From an uncultured Deinococcaceae bacterium (GTDB taxonomy: Bacteria > Deinococcota > Deinococci > Deinococcales > Deinococcaceae), in NCBI GenBank assembly GCA_964252075.1, contig CAXULY010000001.1:55539-119538 (forward strand): DNA of 64,000 nt, in the 5' to 3' direction. Both the position numbers and the translations under genes were made by a program. Positions 17,920 through 31,800 of the stretch are shown here, piece by piece. Position 1 is the stretch's first letter; every line of letters begins with the position of its first letter. The notes under the pieces are model-generated. The model saw only the letters and a program-made list of their open reading frames with translations, was not told the DNA's origin and made no database searches.

Positions 17920-18325
17920 AGCGCGCATCACGACGATGGTGCGGCCATCGCTATTCGTGCACTTCAGCTTCACCTGCGCGATGTCTTTTACCCCTGCTCC
18001 CACAGCGGGCAGACCAGCTCGGAGCGCCTGATGCTGTCTCGGCGCAGGTTCCCGAGGAGCAGCCACCCACTCCCCGCAGAACAGCAGGGCGGGTTCACAA
18101 GCATCTTGCAGGTAGGGTGGCGTACCCCAATCCGTTCAGGGACCCATTCAAAAACAACCAGCAGCACGCCGTTAGGGATGGAGCTGTACGTGCCTCTGAG
18201 GGTGTCCGCCATCAGCACTACGCGCAGCAGCAGGAACAGCGCGAGGGAGATCAGCGCGCCGCGCACCAGGAACTCCACAAGCGGCATGGCTGATGTGAAC
18301 AGCTTCCTCCAGCTCACCCCCACGC
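17920..18325 (-). pseudogene. Degraded DUF421/YetF-like membrane protein gene
   Basis: SWRKLF...PLVEFLVRG.LI.LALFLLLRVVL / YSSIPNGVLLV / NLRR..I...EL...L.EQG, then frameshift to VKDIAQVKL....SDG...VV. Apparent internal deletions; boundaries approximate. Confidence 0.6.
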
Positions 18326-18405
18326 TGATCTTCCACCGCAATCTGCCCAGCTTGCATCGGACGCTGGACGGCCACTTGCTCAGCCGCCCATGAGGTACAT
18401 CAGGA

Positions 18406-18436
18406 AGGAGGGCCGACCCAGTGGGCCGGCCCTCCT
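18406..18436 (-). terminator. Hairpin terminator downstream of sucD
   Basis: AGGAGGGCCG...CGGCCCTCCT inverted repeat 13 bp past the sucD stop. Confidence 0.65.
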
Positions 18437-18449
18437 CGCGCGGCGCGCC

Positions 18450-20497
<2,048 letters not shown>

Positions 20498-20634
20498 TTG
20501 TCCTCCTTGGGGCGCGGTCTTGGGGCCGCTCACCCGGTGGTGTCCGAAAAATCGTCCCGAACAAGTATACGCTCACACGTCTAGGTCAGCGGGACTGTCA
20601 CGCGGCAGGGAACAGGCGCCCGTATGCTGGTGCC

Positions 20635-21408
20635 ATGCGGACGCTGCCCCGAAGCCTCCCCCTGGCCACCCTGCTCGCCGTCACCTCGGCCCTCGCCGCC
20701 GCGCCCGGCGCGAGCCACCCGCTCTCCGCGAAGGAGCGCGCCGAACTGCTGCCTGTGATCTGCCAGGGCAAGGTGGGCGCTCAGGGCTGTGTTCGCTGCC
20801 CACCCGGCACCTCCGATCCCGGTGAGGACGGGCCGCTCACCGCCACCGCCGTCACCTACGGGCACTACCTGAAGGCGGGGGAGACCGTGGCGCTGGTGGA
20901 TCTGGAGGGCTGTGAGGCGCACGTCTACAACTTCGGGGACACGGCGCTGCTGCGCTGGGAGGGCCTCACGCGCTGGACGCTCCTGAAGATCCTGCCCGGT
21001 TACCGCACGAACCGCTGCACGAATTATCCGGGCCGGGACGGGCGCGACCGCAGCGTGTGCGAGGGCTACTACGGCAATATGGGCGTTGAGTTCTCCTGGT
21101 TGAGCCTCTACGACTGGAAGCGCCCGGACGACGCCCGGAACCTGCTCAGCGTGGAAAGCAACGTCGAGTCCTGCATGGGGAACGAGGTGCACGACATCCG
21201 CATCGCGCGCTGGAACCGCCAGGGGTCCAATCTGCTCGCCCAGGTCACGGAGGCGCGTGGTCGCATCCCCGCAGGCTGGCAGTGCAACGCCCCCCTGAAG
21301 CTCTCTAGGCCGCGCACGACCTCGCTCAGCTGGCGCTGGAACGGGGCGTCCTTCGTGCCCACCGGAGCCACCAAAACCCTCTTGCCACGCCTCCAGTCGC
21401 AGCCCTGA
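20635..21408 (+). CDS. Secreted cysteine-rich hypothetical protein
   Basis: Signal-peptide-like N-terminus (MRTLPRSLPLATLLAVTSALA); several Cys; TATGCT 6 bp upstream of ATG. Confidence 0.75.
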   Translation: MRTLPRSLPLATLLAVTSALAAAPGASHPLSAKERAELLPVICQGKVGAQGCVRCPPGTSDPGEDGPLTATAVTYGHYLKAGETVALVDLEGCEAHVYNFGDTALLRWEGLTRWTLLKILPGYRTNRCTNYPGRDGRDRSVCEGYYGNMGVEFSWLSLYDWKRPDDARNLLSVESNVESCMGNEVHDIRIARWNRQGSNLLAQVTEARGRIPAGWQCNAPLKLSRPRTTSLSWRWNGASFVPTGATKTLLPRLQSQP

Positions 21409-21533
21409 AGCGGAAGAGGGCGGATGTTCGTGCCCCCGGGCCGTCGCAGGGCTTAAGCTCAGCGCGAAGGGGCGAGATCGCTGTCATGAGGCTTCCCGTT
21501 CGCTCGTCCACGCCCCGGAAAGGACGCAGGAGG

Positions 21534-21938
21534 ATGAACACACGGGTGCGTTTTGGTGGCCTGGGGCTGCTGGCCCTGGTGCTGGCGGGGTGTTCCACCT
21601 CGCAGGCGGGCGGCGACCCGCCCGCGTCGGCCTTCGTGGGCGAGTGGAGCAATCCCAGCAAGGACGGCAGCATTTCGCGGCTGGTGGTGGCGCAGGACGC
21701 GGCGGGTCTGCACGTTCACGGCTACGGGCAGTGCACGCCCGAGTGCGACTGGGGCGTGGCGGACACCAGCGCGGCGGATGCGGCGGACGGCAACATCGTG
21801 ACCACCTGGCCCTTTTCGGACGGGGACTTCATCACCATCACCCTCCTGCCCACCGACGCCCACACCGCGAACGCCCACATGAACGACCACTACAGCGGAG
21901 TGGATCACCTCTCGGACCACGAGTTGCAGCGGCCCTGA
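21534..21938 (+). CDS. Putative lipoprotein
   Basis: Lipobox LAGC; F.GEW.N...HVHGYGQC.PECDWG segment; AGGAGG upstream. Confidence 0.75.
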   Translation: MNTRVRFGGLGLLALVLAGCSTSQAGGDPPASAFVGEWSNPSKDGSISRLVVAQDAAGLHVHGYGQCTPECDWGVADTSAADAADGNIVTTWPFSDGDFITITLLPTDAHTANAHMNDHYSGVDHLSDHELQRP

Positions 21939-21967
21939 CGCACCCGGCGCGGCGGCCTGCATGCCGG

Positions 21968-22483
21968 TCAGGTGGTCGCCGCCTCCGCTTCGGTCGGTGT
22001 GGACAGCCAGCGCCAGCCCGTCCACAGCGCCCACCCGAAGACCAGAAACCCGGCGACCAGCACCGCCCGGCCCAGGCCGACACTGGCGTCCAGGTGGTTG
22101 GTCATGACCAGCAGCTGCCACCAGTCGTGCGTGTCCGGGTCGCCCGTGATGAGCGGCAGGGTGCGCGCCTGCGCGTCGGCCACGTACACGCTGACGTTGC
22201 CGAGGTTCTGGGCGCACCACAGCCACCCACAGGCGCTCGCGTAGCGGTCGCCGCGCCACAGCCCGAAGTACAGCGCGACCAGGGCGGGCAGCAGGACCTG
22301 CGTGAGCGAGCCGCCCAGCAGGTACAGGAACTCCCCGAAGGGCGTGAACAGCACGTGCCCCGCCTCGTGAAACACCAGGTCCGCGAAGTTCAGGAAGGTC
22401 CAGTCCTGCGGGCGCAGCAGGGTGTACAGGATGTACGCGGCGGCGGCCATCAGGCCGATCAGGCGCCACGTGACGGAGGACAT
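21968..22483 (-). CDS. Membrane protein with HExxH motif (peptidase M50-like)
   Basis: Hydrophobic segments, LVFHEAGH, Y.ADA....LPL, HDW. Confidence 0.78.
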   Translation of the reverse strand: MSSVTWRLIGLMAAAAYILYTLLRPQDWTFLNFADLVFHEAGHVLFTPFGEFLYLLGGSLTQVLLPALVALYFGLWRGDRYASACGWLWCAQNLGNVSVYVADAQARTLPLITGDPDTHDWWQLLVMTNHLDASVGLGRAVLVAGFLVFGWALWTGWRWLSTPTEAEAATT

Positions 22484-22535
22484 GGGGCAAGTGTATGCGG
22501 CGAGGCTGGCCCAGCCTCCCGCATTTCCGCCACCT

Positions 22536-23159
22536 TCAATTGCCCAGCGCGACCGCCTGCCCCAGCCAGGAATCCGACTCCAGCTGCGACACCATGAAGT
22601 GCGCGACGTCGCTGCGCGCGATGCGGGGGGTGCCGGGCACTGTCCAGTGCGGCATGGCGCGGTAGGGGTGCAGGCCGGGCGCGTTGGTGAGGCCGCCGGG
22701 CCGCGCGATCACCCACTCCAGGCCACTGCCCCGCACCACGGCCTCCTGCTGGTTCTTGTCGGCCATTTCGGCGCGCAGCAGCAGCGGCACCAGCAGCCGC
22801 TCGAAGAGCCAGCCCGCCTCGCCCTTCGAGTCGCCCACCCCCAGCGAGGTGAGGCAGACGAGTCGCCGCCCGCCGTGCGCGTGCAGGCCCTGCACGATGT
22901 GCAGGGTGCCGGGCGCGCAGGGCTGCGGCCCCGTGGGTTTCCCGCCCAGCGCCACCAGCGCCGCCTCCTGGCCCGCGCAGGCCGCAATCACGGCGGGCGC
23001 GTCGAACACATCGCCCTGAATGACCCGCAGCCGCTCGTGCTGAACGGGGAGTTTCGCGGGGTTGCGCAGGTAGGCCGTGACGGTATGGCCCGCCTCCAGC
23101 GACTGCCGCACGAGTTCCTGCCCGGTCTTGCCGCTCGCGCCGAACACGATGACGTTCAT
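22536..23159 (-). CDS. NAD(P)H-binding oxidoreductase (flavin reductase/atypical SDR)
   Basis: VFGASGKTG Rossmann motif, W.IARPGGL, I.RSDVA.F. Confidence 0.9.
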   Translation of the reverse strand: MNVIVFGASGKTGQELVRQSLEAGHTVTAYLRNPAKLPVQHERLRVIQGDVFDAPAVIAACAGQEAALVALGGKPTGPQPCAPGTLHIVQGLHAHGGRRLVCLTSLGVGDSKGEAGWLFERLLVPLLLRAEMADKNQQEAVVRGSGLEWVIARPGGLTNAPGLHPYRAMPHWTVPGTPRIARSDVAHFMVSQLESDSWLGQAVALGN

Positions 23160-23241
23160 ACTTTATGGTGGGCGTTCGCGCGCGGCGCCGCTGCGCCATT
23201 CGCCGCATTTCACTCCGCGCCGGGCACGCTACGCTGGCGAG

Positions 23242-25311
<2,070 letters not shown>

Positions 25312-25363
25312 CCCCCACAGGGCCGCCCGCGCCAATGTGCCCTTTGTCGCTATACTGCTGCGC

Positions 25364-25813
25364 ATGGAAGACGTACTCAAGGGGCGCCTGGGCGGCCCGG
25401 CAGGATTCGAGGTGCGCTGCGCCATTGACGGCGACGCCATTCGAGGGCGCGCGGGCGGACGCCTGCACGGCAAGGACATCGATCTGGAAATCACCGAGAC
25501 GGGCGTGGTCGGCACCGTAGGCCAGGAACCCGTCAAGGTGGAGTTGCAGGAGGGCGAGCTGCGCGGCAACGTGGGCGGCCAGAAGCTCACCCTGCGCGGC
25601 GTGGACCGCGTGACGGGCTTCCTCGGTGAGCCCATCGTGGGCTGGAACATCGTGGCGCAGCAGCAGGGCACCAAGCTGGTCGGTCAGCTGGGCAGCACCG
25701 TCCTCGGCCAGAACTTCGAGCTGGACCTGGGCAGCGCGCCCGGTTGGGTGGGCGTGCTGGTGGCGGTCGTTGCGTTCTACGCCATGGAGCCCCGCGCGTC
25801 CGTCGGGCGCTGA
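25364..25813 (+). CDS. Hypothetical glycine-rich beta-repeat protein
   Basis: Repeated L.G.vGg motif; TATACT 7 bp upstream of ATG; typical codon usage. Confidence 0.8.
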   Translation: MEDVLKGRLGGPAGFEVRCAIDGDAIRGRAGGRLHGKDIDLEITETGVVGTVGQEPVKVELQEGELRGNVGGQKLTLRGVDRVTGFLGEPIVGWNIVAQQQGTKLVGQLGSTVLGQNFELDLGSAPGWVGVLVAVVAFYAMEPRASVGR

Positions 25814-25819
25814 CGCACC

Positions 25820-25859
25820 ACGATTGAGGGCGGCCCCGCACGGGGCCGCCCTCAATCGT
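25820..25859. terminator. Bidirectional hairpin terminator
   Basis: ACGATTGAGGGCGGCCCCG-ca-CGGGGCCGCCCTCAATCGT perfect inverted repeat between convergent genes. Confidence 0.85.
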
Positions 25860-25865
25860 TTACCG

Positions 25866-28800
25866 CTAGAACTTCAGGTCGTAGCCCACCCGGAAGGCGT
25901 TGCTCGTCGCGCCGTTCTCCACGCCCAGCGTGATGGATGAGCTGGGCGTCACGTTGAACCCGAAGGTGAAGGACGGGCGCAGCGTGCTGAGGTTCAGGCC
26001 GCTGAGCGGCGTGGACACCCGGAAGGTGAAGCGGTTGTCGGGCGTGGTGTACGTGGCGTCCAGCAGCCCCTGACCCGTGAGGTCAATGGAGTACTCGAAG
26101 AACAGCTCGCGCGTGAGGTAGGAACCCACCGTGAACTGCGCCGTGATGTCGCCCGTGCCGTTCAGGGTGGCGTCCAGCAGGTTCGTGCGGATGCGGAACA
26201 CGTCCACCCCGAAGGCCTGCGCGAGCCCGCGCTCCACCTGACCGAGCACGAACACGTTCAGGGCGGTGCGCAGCGCGCTCGTGCCGAGCCCCCCGATGTT
26301 GCCCGGCAGGGACCCGATGTCCGGCGTGCCGAGCGCCACGAGCGCGTACAGCTGCGCCTCGGCGTTCGGGTTGGCGGCGGAGTAATCGTGGCCGTTTGCC
26401 TGGCAGTTCGCGGTGCACGCGAAGCGCGTGTCGAGCTTCAAGGCGCGCGTGCCGTCGTCCGCGAAGGGGAAGCTGCCCGTGATGTTCACGTTCACGCCCA
26501 CCGGCGCGCCCTGGTTGCCCTGGTCCGGCACGTTTCCGCTCGCCTGCACGCTGAAGGTGGGGAAGGCGCTCTGCCCGTCGAAGGTCGCGACGCCGCTGCG
26601 CACCGTGAATTCGTTCTCGCGCAGGAACACCGTGCCGCGCGTGGTCTGCACGCTGCCCGTGAGGCGCAGGTCGCTCGCGCGGCCCGCGAGGGTCAGGCCG
26701 CCCGCGAGGTCCGCGCGGATGAGGTCCTCGTCAATGCGCGCGCCGTTCGGCAGCGTGATGGGGATGTTGTCCAGCACGATGCGGGACAGCAGCGGGTTCT
26801 CGGGCGGCTTGCCGTTCTTGGTGGGGAAGGTCGTGAGTTCCGGCGGGAGGGGACTCACGAAGCCCGCGCTGGCGTCCTTCGGCTGGTCGGTCGCGCTGGC
26901 CTTGGCGGGCGTGGTGCCGGCGGGCGCGGCGACGCTGCCGAGCACGAGGCGGTCCGCGCGCAGCGCGCCGCCCAGCACGAAGTCACTGCCGCGCGCGCCG
27001 AGCGTGAGGTCGCCCGTGAAGCTCGTCTCGCGCCCGTAAATGACCGGCAGTTGCGGCGCGTAGGCGCGCGCCGCGATGCGCAGGTCCAGGGCGGGCGTGA
27101 GGTTGCCCTCCACGCGCAGGGTGCCGCCCTGCGTGGCGGTGGCGTCCAGCGCCCAGCGGTCCGCCTGCTGGCTCACCTGCGCGAACAGGGACCCGATGCT
27201 GCCCACCTGCCGCAGCGCGAGGTTCCCGCGCAGCTGCGCCACCGTGTTGCTCAGGCGCCCGCCGCCCAGCTCGCCGCTGAGTGAGAGGGTGGACTGGCTG
27301 GCCGCCGCGCCGCTCAACCCGAGGCGGCCCTGCGCGCTGAAGCGCCCGCCGCCCAAGGTGCCGCTCAGCGCGAGGTTGTCCAGACGGTAGTCGCCGAGGC
27401 TCCCGCGGAAGTTCGGGGCGTTCAGGCTGGCCTGCGGCGCGTCGTAGGTGCCGCCCACCGTGAGGGTCAGGTCGCCGCGCAGGGTGGGCTGCTGGTCACG
27501 GATGGACGGCACGAGCGCGAGGAGCGGCGTGAAGTCCGTGCCGCTCAGCGCCGCGCGCACGTCCACCTTGCGGCGCGTGTACTGTCCCTGAATGTCCCAG
27601 GTGCCCGCGCCGGACAGCTGCACGTTCAGGCTGGACAGCTCGCGGTTGCGGTACGCCAGCACGCCCTGCCCGCTGAGGGTCTGGCCGCTGCCGCGCACCG
27701 TGAGGCGCTCCAGCACGAGGTCTGCGCTGCCGGACAGTGGGTCCGCGAGCGGCACGTCGAAGCGCGCCACACCGGTCAGCAGCGCGCTGCCGGGCAGCGG
27801 GCCCGTGATGGCGCCCACGAGGTTCGACACAGGCAGCGCCGTCAAGGTGAGCCGCCCGGAGAGCGCGCCGCCCTGCACGCTCCCGAACAGCTGCGAGTCC
27901 CCCACGTTCCCGCGGATGCGCCACTGGTCCCCCGCGAGCGTGCCCTCCACGCGCGTCGGGAGCGGCACGCCGTCCGCGCGCAGGTCCGCGGCGCGCAGCA
28001 CGAAGCTCGCGCCGCCGTCCGTGACGGTCGCGGAGCCCGTCGCGGTGCCGTTCAGGTACGGCGCGAGTTTCAGCGCCTGCAGGTCCAGGCCCGACAGCTG
28101 CGCGTCCACCTGGTACCCGCTGCCCCCCTGCAGGCCGAGCGCGCGGCCGAGCGGCGCGTACACGTCCGCGATGGCGCCGCCCCCGCTGGCCCGCAGGCGG
28201 CCCGCGTCGCCCGCCGCGCTCGCCGTCACGGTGAAGTCCTGACCGGTCAGCTCCACGAGGGCCGTGAGGCGCTCGGTGAGGCCCATGCTGGTGAGCGGGA
28301 AGTCGGTGACGTTCACGCGGCCCTGCACGCCGCCGCCCGTGAGCTGCAGGTTCGCGCGGAGGTCGCCGCCGCCCTGCGCGAGCTGCGCGTCCACGCGGCC
28401 CGTCACGCTGCGGCCCGCGCGGTACCCCAAACTGGCGCCCAGCGTGCCGTTGGGGTGCGTGGCCTGCACCTGCGCGCTCCACGTGCCCGCCACGCCGGTG
28501 ACGCGCGCGGTCAGGTCGCCGCGCACCGGGAGGTTCACGAGCGGCAGCGTGCCGCCCGTCGTGAGACCCGCGATGCCCAGCTGCACCTGCCCGCTCTGCC
28601 CGTCGAGCGCCACGCGGCCCGTCGCGGTGACGCGCCCCGCGACCTGCACCAGCTTCAGCCGCGCGAGGTCCAGGCCCGGCAGGTCAACCTGCAGGGCGCC
28701 GTCCGCGTACTGGAGCGTGCCGGAGCGCTCGCCGTCGCCGAGCGCGAGCTGCCCGGACTTCAGGCCGAGGGCGCCGCTGGCCGTCCAGCCGCCCAGGAGG

Positions 28801-31800
28801 CCGTCCACGCGCGCCTGCGGGGCGGACGTGGTGCCGGAGAGCGCCAGGCGCACGCGGCCCTCGCTGCGCGTCAGGGTGACCTGACCGCCGAGCGCCGCGC
28901 CCACCAGCTGCAGGCGACCGCTCGCCTGCGCACCCTCCCCGTTCGAGAGCGTGAGGGTGGAGCCCGCCGCGGAGGCCACCAGCCGCGCCTCCGCGCCCAG
29001 CAGGCCCAGGTCGCCCGTCAGCTGCGGGCGCGCCTGCGGGCCGCTCACGCTGAAGTTCAGGTCCCGCGTCACGACCTGCTGCGGCAGGCCGCTCACCCGC
29101 CCGCTGCCCGCCCAGCCAAGCGTCTTGTCCTCGCGGACGGCGAAGGTGGCCGTCGCGCCGGACACCCCCACGTCGCCGTTCGCGGCGAGCGCGCCGTCCC
29201 GGTACGTCGCCTGAACGTTCCCTTCCACGCTGCCGGTGGCGGACATGCGGGCCGTCACGCCGTCCGCGCCCGCCCGGCCCGTCACGCTCACGGTGCTGCC
29301 CGCCAGCTGCGCCTGCAGGTCCGTCACGGTCGCCGTGCCGGCCTGGTAGGTCAGCACGGGGCGGTTGCCCTGGCGCACGTCCGCGCGCAGGTCCGTCAGC
29401 GCGCCGCCGCCGCTGAAGGTCAGGTCACCCAGGCGCACGCCGGAGCGCTCCACGCCGCTCAGCTGCCCGCCGAGGTTCACGGTGAGGGCGTTCAGCGGTC
29501 CGGCCGCCGCGACGGTCAGCGCGCCGCGCCCGCTGGCGCCCAGCAGGCCCAGCGGCGTGACATTCAGGTTCGCCTGCAGCTGCGGGATCAGGTCCTCGCC
29601 GGAGAGGGTGATTCGGCCGCTGCCCACCGCTCCGGCCGTCACGAGGTACGTCCCGCGTCCGTCGCCCGTGAGCCGCACGGGGTCGTTCAGAGCACCCAGT
29701 TGCGCGTTCACCTGCCCCGCCAGTTTCGGCCACCGGCCGCGCAGGTCCAGCTGCACGCGGTTGCCGCCCTGCGTGGCGGTCCCGTACAGCTCCAAGTCCG
29801 CGCCGAGCGGGCTGAAGGTCAGGCGCCGCGCGTCCGCGTACACGCGCCCGGCGTAGGGCGCGCGCAGGTCCGCGGTGACGCGCGCGTTCGGCTGCCGCGC
29901 CCGGCCGCCCAGGTCCAGCGTGAGTTGCGCCTCGCGCCGCGCCGTGGTGAGCCGACCCGCCAGCACGGGGTTCAGCAAGTCCCCCTGGCCCGTGATGGTG
30001 CCGTTCAGTTCACCCAGCCCGAAGCGCGTGAGGTCCAGGCGCGTGGCGGTCACCTGCACGCCCTGCGGCAGCGCGCCGCTCGCGACGAGCGTGCCGCCCA
30101 GGGCCGCCACGCGCAGGCTCCCGCCGACCGCGCCCGGGCTGTACTCCAGGTTCCCCTGCGCGCTGAATCGTCCCGTCTGCGCCTGCTCGCCGCGCACGTC
30201 CAACCCGCGCGCCTGCACGGTCAGGCCGCCCGGACCCCTGGTGTCCACGCTCGCCTGCCCGGTGAGGTCCAGCGTCGTGAGGTTCCAGGCAGGCGGGGTG
30301 AGGCGCGCCAGGCGCGCACCGCTCGCGCTCAGCTGCGCCTGCAGGCGACCCGCCGCGAAGCTGCCGTTCGCGCTCAGGTGCGCGCCCGCGAGGCGCACGG
30401 TCGCCGCGCCGCCCGCGTACCGCCCGCTGAGGTCCCCACTCAGGTCGCCCCCCTGGTCGGTGAGCGCCCCACTCAGCTCCGCGCTCAGGGCCTTCCAGCT
30501 GCCGCCGAGCGTCACGTCCCCACGGGCGCCCAGCTGCCCGGCGCGGCCCCACAGGGCGCCCAGGTCCACGTCACTCACGCGCAGGCGCGCGTCCGGCGCG
30601 CTGAGGAACCTGCGCCCCAGCGAGGAGGTCAGGGTGCCAGGTCCCACCCGCCCACGCACGTCCAGCGCGCCGTGGCCCGTGAGGTTCAGGTTCAGGTCCT
30701 GACCGCCCGCGCGACCGCGGGCGGTCAGGTCGCCCAGCCAGCCCGTGCGGGCGTTCCAGCCCGCCGTGCCCATGAGGTTCACGGCTTCCGTCGCGCTCAG
30801 GCGGTACGGCGCCCGCAGTGTGAAGGTCGCGTTGAGGAGCCCGGCGGGTGCGCCGCTCCCCAGCTGCCCGCGCGCCTCTCCGTCCAGCGCCGTGCCCTTG
30901 GCCTGCACGGTGTAGTTGCGGCCCGCGAGGTGCGCCCGCACCTCACTGCCCCCCACCTGGAGGCCCGTCGCCGCGTTCGCAAGGGTGCCGCGCGCCTCCA
31001 CCTCCGGCGCAGCCGCGTCGCCTCGCACCGTGAGGGCGTACGTGCCCGGCAGGTAATCACTCAGGGTGGCGCGGGCGCTGACGTTCAGGGCGGGGTAGAC
31101 CGCGCCGCTCGCGCTCAGGCGCGCGAAGGCGTTGCGCGCCGCCGCGTCCTGCACGCGCAGGATCCGCCCGTCCCAGCGCACGGGCACGCTGACCGTCACG
31201 CCCGCCACCGCGCCACCGAAGCGCCCGGCGGCATGGTTCAGGCTGCCGCTCACGCTGCCGGACAGCTGGCCCGCCGTGCCGGTCAACGCGCGCAGGTCCG
31301 GCGCGTTCACGCTGAGGGACCCCACCCAGCCGTCCGCGCCCTGCTGCGCCTGCCCGAGCAGGCGCGCACCCGAGACGCTGGCGTCCAGGCTGAGGCGCTG
31401 CGGGGCGTACCGGGCGCTCAGGTTCACGCTGTGCCCCTGGTACGCGCCCGCGGCGGTCAGGGTGAGGCCCTCACGGACGCGGCCCTCCAGGTGACCCTGC
31501 ACGCCGTCCACCCGCAGGGCCGCGTTCGCCGTGGGGTACAGCGGCCCCTGCACCGACACGCGCGTGCCGCCCAGCGTGCTGTCCAGGGTGGCGGAGAGCG
31601 CGCCGCGCGCGAGCGTCACGCGCCCGCGCGCCGCCTGCGCGCCCGCCGACAGGTCCACGTCGAAGGTGCCCTGCCCGCGCTGCAGGTCCAGGCCCGGCAG
31701 GTCGAGGCGGCCGCGCACGCTGCCGGTGGCGCCCGCGAGGAACGGGCGCAGCGCGCGCCCATCCACGCGGGCGTCCGCCACGCGCAGGCGCTGCGCCGTG

